This document shows positions 51,516-63,611 of a stretch of 64,000 nucleotides of DNA, in pieces. The notes below the pieces were generated by a model. It made no database searches, was not told where the DNA came from, and saw only the letters and a program-made list of their open reading frames with translations. The stretch lies in the NCBI RefSeq assembly GCF_006345805.1, contig NC_043010.1, positions 2,418,001 to 2,482,000 of the forward strand, in the 5' to 3' direction. The stretch is from Octopus sinensis. Lineage: Eukaryota. Every line of letters begins with the position of its first letter. Within the stretch, counting starts at the first letter, position 1. The translations under genes and the position numbers were made by a program.

Positions 51516-52295
51516 TATGCTTATTGTGGATTGATCTGTAATAACACAGATCAGTGATCAAGTAAAGATTTTGTTTATATCATGAAAATGCACCCAAGCA
51601 ACCACCCACAATACTCTCCTACCAACAATGCACAGACTATCATCAGTTGTGTTTATATAACTGTGTTTCAAGGCTGCATATTCGTTATATGCATATATGT
51701 ACTCATATAACAAGTGTATTCTCTACATAAAAAGGTAGAAATAATCAAGAAAACAGGTGACGGCGAAGGTTCCCTGCCGTGGATTGAGAGTTTGGTGCCA
51801 ATGAATCGACCATTCTTTCCATTTACAAAGTGCATAGAGATGGTTCGTTTATTACTGATTTGTATATCACAGTTTTGTTTTTGGATATCTTTTTTAACCA
51901 AACTCCCATGATAAACAAGGATAGATGTACCATGATGAACTAAAAAGAAAATTTGCTCAAGTAAGTTGCAGTGTGGGTGTGTGTGGGTGTGTGTATGCAT
52001 GCATGCGCTAGGAGGCACACACAGACGCCCTTGTCCTAGAGAAACAACTACAAGAAAAATTCTTAGTAACTGCAAATTGCTACACAAAACATTCACAAAG
52101 CTGGAGAAGTCTCTTGACAGACTACCACATTCTGTAGTTATGTGGTTGCTAAGTAAATTAATTGTAAATTATTGGTAGTGAAATCATTCTTCAACTCAAA
52201 GAACCTTGTTAAATCAATCTACAAAGACAGTGAACTGGCTGAATAGCATGACAAGCAAAGTGCCTAGTGGTATTTCATCCATCCTTATATTCCAA

Positions 52296-52715
52296 GTTAG
52301 CACGCCGGGCAAAATGCTTAGCAGTATTTCATCTGCCATCATGTTCTGAGTTCAAATTCCACCGAGGTCGACTTTGCCTTTCATCCTTTTGGGGTTGATT
52401 AAATAGGTACCAGTTACGCACTAGGGTCGATATAATCGACTTAATCCATTTGTCTGTCTTTGTTTGTCCTCTCTGTGTTTAGCCCCTTGTGGGTAGTAAA
52501 GAAATAGGTATTTCGTCTGTAGCTACGTTCTGAGTTCAAATTCTGCCACGGTCGACTTCGCCTTTCATCCTTTCGGGGTCGATTAAATAAGTACCAGTTA
52601 TGCACTGAGGTCGATATAATCGACTTAATCTGTTTGTTTGTCCTTGTTTGTCCTCTCTGTGTTTAGCCCCTTGTGGGTAGTAAAGAAATGGGTGTTTCGT
52701 CTGTCGCTACGTTTT
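52296..52715 (+). mobile_element. Family C SINE amplified head-to-tail, period 184 bp
   Basis: gtatttc registers at 52324, 52508, 52692. Confidence 0.9.
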
Positions 52716-52916
52716 GATTTATGTAATGAAAAGATTGATAATAATCAGGATCCATTCCTGGACCAATTTTGGAAAAGCATGTTGAAACTCAGCTTCTGAC
52801 TTTTCTAAGTGCTGAATGATTTATTTCTGGATATTTTGACATTATTCAATAAGAGAACTTGAGTTTGGAAATTCTATGTAATTTTCCTGTGATATCATTT
52901 TTACCAAAAGATTCAC

Positions 52917-53021
52917 CTCTTCGAGGAGTGATCTGATTTTGTCTTCTTGAGTAGCACCATGAGTAAGTGTCTCCTGCTGTAGAGCTGGGCCTCTCAATAC
53001 ATTGCATGGGAATAGGGGAAG
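52917..53021 (-). CDS. Candidate symmetric 105-nt exon (two open frames), product unknown
   Basis: gttttgttgtttcag acceptor, gag|gtgaat donor; LPLFPCNVLRGPALQQETLTHGATQEDKIRSLLEE or SPIPMQCIERPSSTAGDTYSWCYSRRQNQITPRR. Confidence 0.35.
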
Positions 53022-53662
53022 CTGAAACAACAAAACAGTTGTGTGTGTGTGTGTGTGTGAGTGCAAGCGTACATGAATGTGTGTGTGTGTGTGTGCAAGC
53101 ATGCATGCGTGTGTGTATGTGATTGTTAATATTTCATGCTTGTCATAAGTTGAGTGAGCAAGACGGTAGTGATGCTGACCCTCTTGTTGACATTATGACC
53201 AGTCACGCTGCACTTTCAAAGACCTCTGAAATAAAAAAAACGTCTTGCTTGAAAATAGATAACGATTGGCAACAAGGGAAGTATACAACCATAAAATCGT
53301 GCATCAAATAGTTCCCTATTCACACTCATACAAGGAGAGAAAAGCACATTAAATGAGCACACACACACACATGCATACACATACATACAAATATATGTAG
53401 ACACACATACATACATACACACACACACACATAATGTGAGGAAGAATACACCAGGGAAAGATGTATAGTATATATTTACATATATATATATACTCATACA
53501 TGTACACATACATAGACACAGACACAGATACACACACATATATAAATAACGTAAGTAGTTGCATTGTGGAAGTAGCGTGTGTTGGGGGTTAGGGTTAGGG
53601 CTTGGAAACATACTTAATAACTGAAGGTCAATTTGGCTGACAGATAAAACTAATAATAAATC

Positions 53663-53698
<36 letters not shown>

Positions 53699-54721
53699 TA
53701 ATAACAATAATGATAATAATAATAACAATACTAATAATAATAACGATATTAATAATAGTAACATTAATAACAATAAATAATGACAAAAAAAAATAACAAG
53801 AGGAAGGGAAGAAAATAAAAGAAAAATGAATCAAAAGAATTATTCAGGCTATGTAGCGAAATTATACCGAAAATCTTTGCTCAAATTAGTTTAATGAAAA
53901 ATTTATAAATATACACGGAACACATTTGCGCACAAATTACATTTTGTTTCCGAATCTTCAAGAATCAATAGAGAAGCTAGGTTAAGGAAATTGATTAGGT
54001 GGGTACAAAATGCCAGTTTTTCACCAAAGAAGAAAAAAAAAGATGTGTGAGAGATTAGGATTTCTACTTTTTTTTATCTTCTCATTTTTACTTTTTTTTT
54101 TTGGTATTTTGGTAATTTTTTTTTTTTCCTTTTTCATGTTCACTCACCGTTGAGAATATTTCTTATTGGAAAAGGAATTTTTGTTTTTATATTATTCCAT
54201 TATATATTTTATATTGTTGTTATTGTTGCTTCATCATCATATAAGTGCTCCACTATTGGTAGGTATGCCAGTTTAAAGTGTTATATATGGGAAGGTTCAT
54301 AACATTCATTTATTGTGACTCAATCAACAGAAACACACACACACCTGCACACACAAACCCACAATCACTCACAGACACATACATACACTCATACATACCC
54401 ACATATATATACTATATATATACATACTCAAACACACGGCTTAGAGTTAAAGAAACGTCTGAGTATTTTTGTAGCAAGTTAGTGTGGGAAAATCTCAGAA
54501 ATGAATCTAATTTGAGAAGAAATTTTAATCCTGAATTCTCAAGTATGCTGACATCTTCTTAAAGGAATCATCGATAAATATACATATATATTATGTGTGT
54601 GTGTGTGTGTGTTCATAATATAATTCCACTATTGAAGATTTCGTGTTCTTTTTAGTTTTTAGTTTGCCACGTAATTACCATACGCATAATTCTACTTGAA
54701 AACACACAACTTCATGTGTGT

Positions 54722-54945
54722 GTATTCTGTCATTCTTTTATTCCTTTATTTGTTTCAGTCATTTGACTGTTTTTTTGTTTTTTTTTGCTCAAAAAATCAA
54801 CCCCAGGACTTATTTTTTAACATAGTACTTATTCTATCAGTCACTTTTGCCGAACCGCTAAGTTATGGGGACATAAACACACCAACACTGGTTGTCAAGC
54901 AGTGAGGGAAGGTCAGATATAGACACAATGATACACACACAAAGA

Positions 54946-54981
<36 letters not shown>

Positions 54982-55150
54982 TACGTATGTGTGTATACGA
55001 TGAGCTTTCAGCTTCCATCTACTAAATCCACTCACAAAGCTTTGGTCATCCCAAGGCTACAGTAAAGACCGTTGCCTAAGTTACCACACGGTGGGACAAA
55101 ACCTGGAACCATGTGGTTGGGAAGCAAGCGTCATACCGCACAGCCATGTT
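54722..55150 (-). mobile_element. SINE family B, followed by an inverted 5' half at about 55165-55325
   Basis: Homology to other copies. Confidence 0.8.
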
Positions 55151-55490
55151 TATATTTATATAAGAGCAGGTGTATCTGAGTGGTAGGAAGTTTGGTTCCC
55201 ATCGACATGGTTTCAGGTTAGTCCGACTTCATGGCACCTCGAGCATGTGTCTTTTACAGTAGCCCTATGACAAGCAAAAGCCTTGTGAGTGGATTTGGCA
55301 GAAGAAAACTGAAAGAAGCCCATTGTGTGTGTGTGCATGTTATATATATATGATGATGATGATATATATATATATAATATAAGGGCAAACGACTATTAAT
55401 TTTTAAAAATCAACAATTATTTACGGGTAGAATTCGGTATGTAAATATAACTATTATCGGTAGGAACCATTATATACATATATATTATAT

Positions 55491-55533
<43 letters not shown>

Positions 55534-55616
55534 TATATGTATAATAATATGAGGGAATATTATTCCAAACTTACAGGGAAAAATTCAATTTAAAAATACT
55601 AAATCAAATTTCACAA

Positions 55617-55662
<46 letters not shown>

Positions 55663-55704
55663 TAGAAAAATTATGAATTGATAAAAGGTGCTTTTTTTCT
55701 AATT

Positions 55705-55737
<33 letters not shown>

Positions 55738-55742
<5 letters not shown>

Positions 55743-55935
55743 AATCCAAACGGGAAACAAAAAAACAACAACAATGGAACAATTACAGTATTATTATTAA
55801 TAGGCGCTCAGGAAATGGAAGCAGGGAGGTATGACGTTTCGAGCGGAGCTCTTCGTCGGAAACATAAAGAAGGAAGAGAGAGGAAAGAAAGATCCCAGAG
55901 CGGGCAACAGGGATAGAGAAAAAAAACGACTGGTG
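55738..55935 (-). mobile_element. (TA)n-adjacent short element with minimal hammerhead-like core (Penelope-like terminus)
   Basis: Minus strand guuu-CCGACGA-A-GAGC-ucc-GCUC-GAAAC-GUC-auac at 55829-55863; shares cgctcaggaa..gagc..gctcttc with 20889-21092. Confidence 0.55.
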
Positions 55936-57329
55936 TTTACGAGTTACACATGGTGAAAGGCGGATGTTTACGATAACAAGAGCAAAGTAGGTTTTTAAAG
56001 GTAAAAGAGTGGAGACAAGGTTGGTAACACAACAGATGTGTGTGTATGTGTGAGTGTGTGCGTGTGCGTGTGTGTATGTGTGTGTGTGAGGCGAGATAAA
56101 AAAACAAAAAATATATGTATGTGTTAGTGTGTGCGTCTGTGTGTAGGCGTGTGAGGTAGGGCGAGAAAGTGGTCAGCATAGCAGACAAAGGTCAGTAGTA
56201 AGAAAAAGAAGGAAGGAGCAAGGGAGGGAGGGGAAGGGGTGGGGGCGTATGTAGCGTGCCAGCGTGTGTTGAGTAGTAGTGTGTGTGTGTGTCCAGTGTC
56301 GTGGTAGTATTAATGGCGAGTAGATTGAATGTGTGTAAGAGTAATGTATATATTTAAGCAATGTGTGTATATGTGTGCGCGTGTGTGTAACGAAAAAGGG
56401 GGGGGGTTAAGGAAAAAGGACTCCAGCTGAGGGGAAGATGGAAGAGTGGTCCCGCATAAAGTATGTGTGTGTTGTATTACTGTCTTGTTGTCCTGTTACC
56501 ACGTAATGATTGTGAGTGCCACTGTCATGCAAGTGATAACTGTTTCATCAATTTTCCATGAAAGAATGATGACATGAAATATTTTTGTTGGGTATTTCTA
56601 TCTCAACTACAACTACAATTTTTGAATGGATTGGCAGTGGCAGCCATTTATGACCTGTCACCTCTTGGATTCACAGTTCAACTGTTTCTGAATGTTTCAG
56701 AGCCAGGACACCATTCTTTCTATTGCCTTTTCCATCTTGTGAGCAACTTTCCTTCTCCCTATTCTGTCACGCACCAGAGTTGTCAGCATCTTCCACACAT
56801 ATACACATGCACTCTCTGCTGGAATTCCTCTATTTTGCCCTCAACTCATATTAACATCATCATCATCACTGTTGATGTTTGATGTTCATATTCCATGCTG
56901 GCATGGGTCAAAGTTTGACAGGAGCTGACGAACCAGATGTCTGTGCCAAGTTCCAGTGTCTACTTGGCATGGTTTCTTCAGCTGGATGCCCTTGCTACTG
57001 CCAACCATTTCACAGTGAGTGCTTGATGCTTTATATGTGGAACCAGTAGAAGTGAGGTCATCAAATAACTCACAGGACAAGAAGAACCCTCAACTTCAGA
57101 AAGGTGGACTTATAATAGATGATGAGGGTTCATGTAGGATCAGGTGTCTGGCAGGAGTGGAGGAGCCACATGGTTACTCCTGTTAGGAAAGGGGAGAAGA
57201 TGCACAGAGATGTCAGAGTTCCAGGAAGAACATGAGAAAAATGGTCCAGAGAATTGCATGTGTGAATGGGTATGCAAGATTGAATGAGTGTAAAAGGAGA
57301 GTGCCAGATGAGTAGAGGTGAGTATAGAG

Positions 57330-57767
57330 CTGTGCTTTCCAACCTTTTTTCCTCCAAACCCCACTATAACTTTTCAGAAAAATGTATGCCCCACCGATGG
57401 TTGGAAAAAAACATCTTTATTTTTAATATTTTATTACAATTGTTTAATACAAAAGAATCTACTAGTAACACTTTTATTAAGTATTGAGTATTGACTTCTT
57501 AGAATTATATACTTATCTTAAAGTATCCACACTTGGCCATAAGAATAATGTTTTACTGTAGCAAAGTCTTCACACAGTATGCTTGGCTGGAGTGTTTGGT
57601 ATGGTTAGGCTGAGTATAGATGTAGTACGTTTACTGTGAAACACAGATTTTCACAATTTCATGTCCTACTAAAAACAAATGGTTGGGTGGAATTGGGGAT
57701 CCCACACCCTACCACAATTTTCCAAGACGCTACTGGTTGGGCATATACCTCACATTGGGAATCACTG
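57330..57767. mobile_element. Old hAT-like MITE
   Basis: Imperfect TIRs ctgtgctttccaac / cattgggaatcactg; 8-bp flanks match 6/8. Confidence 0.45.
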
Positions 57768-57938
57768 ATATAAAGGAAAAGGCAATGAATAGGGAACATG
57801 AGTAGATGTGTGGTCAATGGGGAAGTGGAGGAAATAGGGTTGGATCAGGAAGGTGATAGGTGGTAGGACAGCTGATACGGAGTGCAGGAAGGGTGCAAGA
57901 AAGGCACAACACCAGGGATGAGGCCAAAGATATATGAA

Positions 57939-58117
57939 CGTCTGCCGTTACGTTCTGAGTTCAAATTCCGCCGAGGTCGACTTTGCCTTTCATCCTTTCG
58001 GGGTCGATAAATTAAGTACCAGTTATGCACTGGGGTCGATGTAATCGACTTAATACCTATGTCTGTCCTTGTTTGTTCCCTCTGTGTTTAGCCCCTTGTG
58101 GGTAATAAAGAAATAGG
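57939..58117 (+). mobile_element. SINE family C, 5'-truncated, 8-bp TSD
   Basis: tatatgaa at 57931-38 and 58118-25. Confidence 0.85.
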
Positions 58118-58739
58118 TATATGAAGGGGAGAGGGAAAGAACATAAGCAGTGAGGGTTGCCATTGGCAGAATGAAAGAGGGCAAAAGGAAAGAGAGAAGT
58201 GAAGGGGGCATTCAAAAGAAAAGAAAATGTTAGGGGATGATACTGAAAGTATGAGATACAAAGTAAATGGCTAAACACACACACATACATAAATAATGGC
58301 CAAAAAATTGAATAATAAAGCTTTGTTGGTGAATGAATAACTTTTAATAGAATGATAACAGTAACACTGATATAGCACCTAATTTTTTAGGATGTATACA
58401 CTCTAATGAATATCGTATTATGTTAGTGTTATTGTCTCTGTAGTTGAGTAATTGCTAAAAGCAAGATTCAGCATGAAACCATTGGTACTGCATTAGCACC
58501 AATCATTCTATCAAAAGACATTATATAACCACACATTTCTATATATATTTATGTTGGTATGTACATGCATATGTATAGATGTATATGATTACATGCATGG
58601 AAGAGAAGAGTAAAATCAAAGTTGGAATGAATGGGTGTTGTGATCAACAATGTATAGGGATATCTGATACCTTGGTTGATAGAGTAACAGCGACATGTGT
58701 GTGTGTATATGTGAATGTATGTGTGCGTGCGCACACACA

Positions 58740-58742
58740 CAC

Positions 58743-58777
<35 letters not shown>

Positions 58778-58781
58778 TTAC

Positions 58782-58814
<33 letters not shown>

Positions 58815-59004
58815 CATATACATACATATATACACACACACATATATATATACATACATATATATACATATACATACATATATATACATATACATACATA
58901 CACACACACATATATATATACATACATATACATATACATACATACACACATACATACATACATATATATACATATACATACATACATACACACATACATA
59001 CATA

Positions 59005-59055
<51 letters not shown>
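58740..59055. repeat. TA/TACA/CA compound array
   Basis: Direct. Confidence 0.95.
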
Positions 59056-59058
<3 letters not shown>

Positions 59059-59409
59059 TATTATTTTGAGAGAAGCTGACTATATTTTATCTGAAGATCA
59101 ATAAAAGTATGTTCAGATGAAACATTAAATTTGCAATATGTTGATAATTTTTGGAATACAACTGATACTGCACTCAACATATAGCCTGTTTTTTTTTTTT
59201 GTTTTTTTGTTGTTTTTTTTAGCATTATGACTAAGAGCTAGTTGGATATTTAGTCCTGCAGCATTAGTCTACATAACAACTGTGGAGCTGGAAACCACTG
59301 AAGAAGAAAACCTAGGAATACATGGCACAAGGTGGAGATGATTGACTTCAGGGTGCAGAGCCTCACGAAGATCCTGACAACAGACTGTGATGATTGACAA
59401 CACATGGTG

Positions 59410-59670
59410 CATCATCATCATCATTGTTCGACCATGGTCGAGACAATGGAATTTACCATGCTACGCCAGACTTCACGGTCCATCATGGCATTACGGAGGT
59501 CCTGTTGCTGGATGCCTGTATCCCTGGAGATTACATCAGGGTAGGAGAGTGTGCGCCCTCTGGTATCGTGAGTAGATGGCTTCCAGAGGAGAAGAGCAGA
59601 AATTATCTCTTTTTCAGTTCTACAACAATGCACATTCTTGCAGGACAAAGCCTGTCCACTAGCGCAACCC
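59410..59670 (-). mobile_element. RTE-like LINE 3' end (different family), (TGA)n tail
   Basis: HCCRTEKEIISALLLWKPS..RGRTLSYPDVISRDTG..DLRNAMMDREVWRSMV. Confidence 0.75.
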
Positions 59671-60176
59671 TTATGTAACTAGCATCAAAATGGTGTTTGT
59701 GAAGGATGGCTTGTATATACCATCAACATCATCGTTTAATGTCCATTTTCTATGTTGACATGGAGTGAATTATTTGAAAGGAGTTGGTAAGGCTGAGAAC
59801 TACAGGGTCCATGTCGGTCATGCATATAAAAAAAAAAACAAAGGTAAAAATGATGAACTTTTAAATTTTCCTCACCTAAAACTCTTAATATAATGTAATC
59901 TTACACGTAAAAGGAACATCTATTCATAATGATGGTTGATATAAACGTTGGTTGGTTGGCTGGTATCTCAAGTTAAGCATTACATAATATAGAGAGAGTG
60001 AGTGAGAGAGAGAGAGAGAGGGAGGGAGTGAAAAGCAGATACAGAAAGAGTTAACATAAGAGGTGCAGGATGAGTGGAAGAATTAGAGACGGAGGAGGAG
60101 AGACTTTGAGTATCTCTGCATCTGAGTGTGTGTATATGTGTATATATATGTCTCTCTCTGTCTGTCCCTCTCTCTC

Positions 60177-60214
<38 letters not shown>

Positions 60215-60215
<1 letters not shown>

Positions 60216-61025
60216 CTGTGAGCTAAAAAGTTCATAGGTTGACTAGAGCTGTGAATTTTTACATGCATCAATTTCAACTTTTCTTATTAATAACTGCATT
60301 GTTTCTTTCTGTCAAAAGTAACTAATAGTGATTTCTCTTGAAAATCGACGAAATTTAGCATTGTGGTTATTATCAAGAAAAAGGGTCTAGCTCCTGCAAA
60401 GACAATCCTGCTGACATGGTTGTTACATTAGGGGATGACTCTCCAGTTTTATCAACAGTGCTAAAGTGGGCAGCTGGATTTTGGAGAGGAAGGGAGAGTC
60501 TTGAAGACGACCCAGAGTCTGGACATCCTGAAGCTGTCACCACTGAGGAAAACATTGATTGTATTCACCACACGTGGATGGATCAGACAGCCAACACTGT
60601 CAGCATATCCTGTGAGAGAGTTGAAAATATTCTGCACTGTGAACTTGGCATGACAATCGTTTCACATCATGAGAGAATCTAACATTGTTTAAGGCAGATC
60701 AGGTAGTTTCTTTGAACATTCCCTAACCCAGGATGAGTGTTGACTTCATCATATTGAGCTGGTGGTAAAGAGACAATCCACACAGTAAAAACACTTCTCC
60801 TCACCTGCTCCAAAGAAGGCCAAAGTCGTCTCATATGCAGGGAAGGTGGTGGCTTCAGTTTTGGGGATGCAAAAGGCATTGTGCTTATTGACTATCTTCA
60901 AAAAGAGTCACACCACCAATGGAGAGTACTTTGCCAATTTGCTGAGGCAGTTATGAAAGGCTATCAAGACCAAATGTCCAGGAAAACTGATGAAAGGAAT
61001 CTTGTTTCATCGAGACAATGCTCCA
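60215..61025 (+). pseudogene. Degraded mariner (DD34D-type) transposase, truncated at the second catalytic D
   Basis: KWAAGFWRGRESLEDDPESGHP..TTEENID; PKKAKVVSYAGKVVAS..DAKGIVLIDYLQK; KGILFHRDNAP. Confidence 0.85.
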
Positions 61026-61026
61026 T

Positions 61027-61373
61027 TTGCTGGATGCCTGTATCCCTGGAGATTACATCAGGGTAGGAGAGTGTGCGCCCTCTGGTATAGCGAGTAGATG
61101 GCTTCCAGAGGAGGAGAGTAGAAATTGCCTTGTTTTCAGCTCTACAACAATGCACATGGTGCAGGACAAAGCCTGTCCAATGGTGCAACCATTATGTAAC
61201 TAACATCAAAATGGTGTTTGTGAAGGATGGCTTGTATATACCATCAACATCATCGTTTAATGTCCATTTTCTATGTTGACATGGAGTGAATGGTTTGAAA
61301 GGAGTTGGTAAGGCCGAGAACTACAGGCTCCATGTCGGTCATGCATATAAAAAAATAACAAATGTAAAATGAT
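61027..61373 (+). repeat. Direct duplicate of 59505-59855
   Basis: LINE fragment plus its non-LINE flank are both repeated. Confidence 0.9.
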
Positions 61374-63285
61374 AGTATCTTGGCCAGCCTATGAAGTTTT
61401 CAGCTGACCCTTATGTGTATTTGTGTGTGTATGTGGAGAGAGAGGTGGGGCAGAGAGAGGGAGCAGAGAAAAGGGGTAGAGAGAGGGGGCAGAGGGAGAG
61501 AGACTGAGTGTGTGTGTGAACTTCCATTATTTAAAATTAATATAGAAAGTAATTTTGCTTTCAATTTTCTTTTTTACTTTTTGAATACTGTAGTTATATG
61601 TAATTTTATTTAAGCAAATATTTTTCTTTTGAAAATTAGTATTCATTTCATCATCGTAAGTAAATACTTATATGTATTCCACAGTTTCTGGTGTTATCCA
61701 TGGTCGCAAAAGTATACTTTCAAAGTTACCTTTCAACAAACGAGATACAATAGAGAACACATCCACTAAAAATATACAAACTATACATGTCTTATACCCC
61801 AGGAAGCAAATTCGCTCTCATTATAAAATGGATGAATATACCATTAAAGAAACTTATTGAAAAAGAAAATATATGTAACACACCAAATCACAGCCTTATA
61901 GAATATATACAAAAGCACCAAATTGAAGAAAAGTTCCTCATCAACATGAAATTACAAACTAAGCAAACCACAGAATTTACCTCAGACAAGCAATGTAATA
62001 TAAAATATCAATGTAAACATGAAAGTTGCTAGAATTATGATTGAAACTGCTACATTAGGTATATAAGCATAACACTCTTTTATTAACTGACAATGTATTT
62101 ACAAGGAGGCATGAAATTAATACAGTTCACAAATTAAAATTGGATAGGAAAATTGCTGACAGCACAAAATTTTTATGAAGAATTCTGCCAAAAATGAAAA
62201 CAACTATAGAAGCATTATTAATATTGAAGTACAAAGAAAATATCAGCAGCTATTTTATTTACAAGAAATAAATCGGATCTACCAGGACACAACTGTTGTA
62301 TATTTTTTTTACATTTAGCATTGATGATTTTATCTCTTATTATAAAAGGCAGATTTTATCTCCCTCCCTTTGTAACTTATAGAAATCTACAATATAGGAT
62401 TTCTTCAATTACAATTTACCTAGCATTTTTAAGAGTAGAATGCATCAGGTCATGCCAGGTCCAGTTTTTAAAATTTAAACTCCAATTAAGCAAAATTTAC
62501 AGAAAACTCACATTCTGGTGTGTATGTCAAATGCTTTTCTTAATGTGGTTTACACCACACGCACACACACACACACAAAAAGGGAGCGATCTCATTCACT
62601 CACGCTATCACTCATTTCTGCGACTTTCTCTTTGCACGTTTGCAGCGATTAAAGTGAAACTAATTCGATAAAACGAGAGAAGTGTACCTTAAACCACTAC
62701 TAAAAAAAAAAAAACAGCAAACAGAAACAAATAAATACATAATGATTTACTCCTCACACAATTTCTTCAATTAGAGTGTACCCATGATTTTTCAGAGTAC
62801 TTCAGTGGGTGATGCCATAAAAAATTTCTTTCAATTTTACCACCAATTAAGACAAAATTCGAGAAAACTCAATATTTTAACATATCACTCCGAAAGCATT
62901 GATGTACATGTGTGCGTGCGTGAGTGTGTGTGTGTCATTCCTCACACACACGCATACACATACATATATGAGAGTGGCAAACACAAACGTTTCAAACAAC
63001 TACATACAAACACGTGTGTGTTTGTTATTAGTAAAAAAGGCGCCAAAACACAACTCACTTATCATTCCAACACATTTGCAAAGACACACGGACGGTGGAA
63101 TTGCTATAACAATACAGAAAAGGTAAATTGGTTTTTATTTTACTCTGTATATATTTTATTATATAATATTATATATAGATATATGTATATATAATTGCAG
63201 TATGAAACAGTGTTTATGTATAAACAGACGACACTTATATATAGTTATTATAATAAGAGATTAATAAATGTATGCATCCGTTTAA

Positions 63286-63611
63286 CCCTTTCGTTACGAA
63301 ACCGCCCGAATTTACCTATTCATATTTAAATGAGAATATCAGAGCAAATCTCTTTAGTACATTCGTGAAAACACATATTATACTTCGTAAACACTTCAAC
63401 TACAGTTTTGTACAAAAATCGAAGTGTTATTTTAATTCCGTGAATTATGGGAGATTTTTTTCCGAAATTTGTTCCTATTGTGTTTTCAAAATTTGTAATT
63501 CTGACAAAAAATGGATACGAATTTCATTATATCAAGCAGCGAGTCAGAATTCGAAGGATTTTCTACTGAAGACCTTCATAAATCTAACTCTATGACTGAA
63601 AAAAAAAAGCA
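63286..63611 (+). mobile_element. piggyBac-like element, left end
   Basis: TTAA|CCCTTT start; ORF from 63511 MDTNFIISSSESEFEGFSTED resembles acidic piggyBac transposase N-termini. Confidence 0.55.

Noticed and set aside
53585-53600. TTAGGG x2
   Set aside because: Too short to call an interstitial telomere
533-59058. Many ORFs rich in HT/CV/YI/IY repeats, including the 223-245-aa ones
   Set aside because: Translations of (CA)n, (TG)n and (TA)n microsatellites or SINE bodies; no coding signal
59091-59130. TA-adjacent CUGAAGA...GAAAC
   Set aside because: Stems I and II do not pair in hammerhead register; at most a heavily decayed copy
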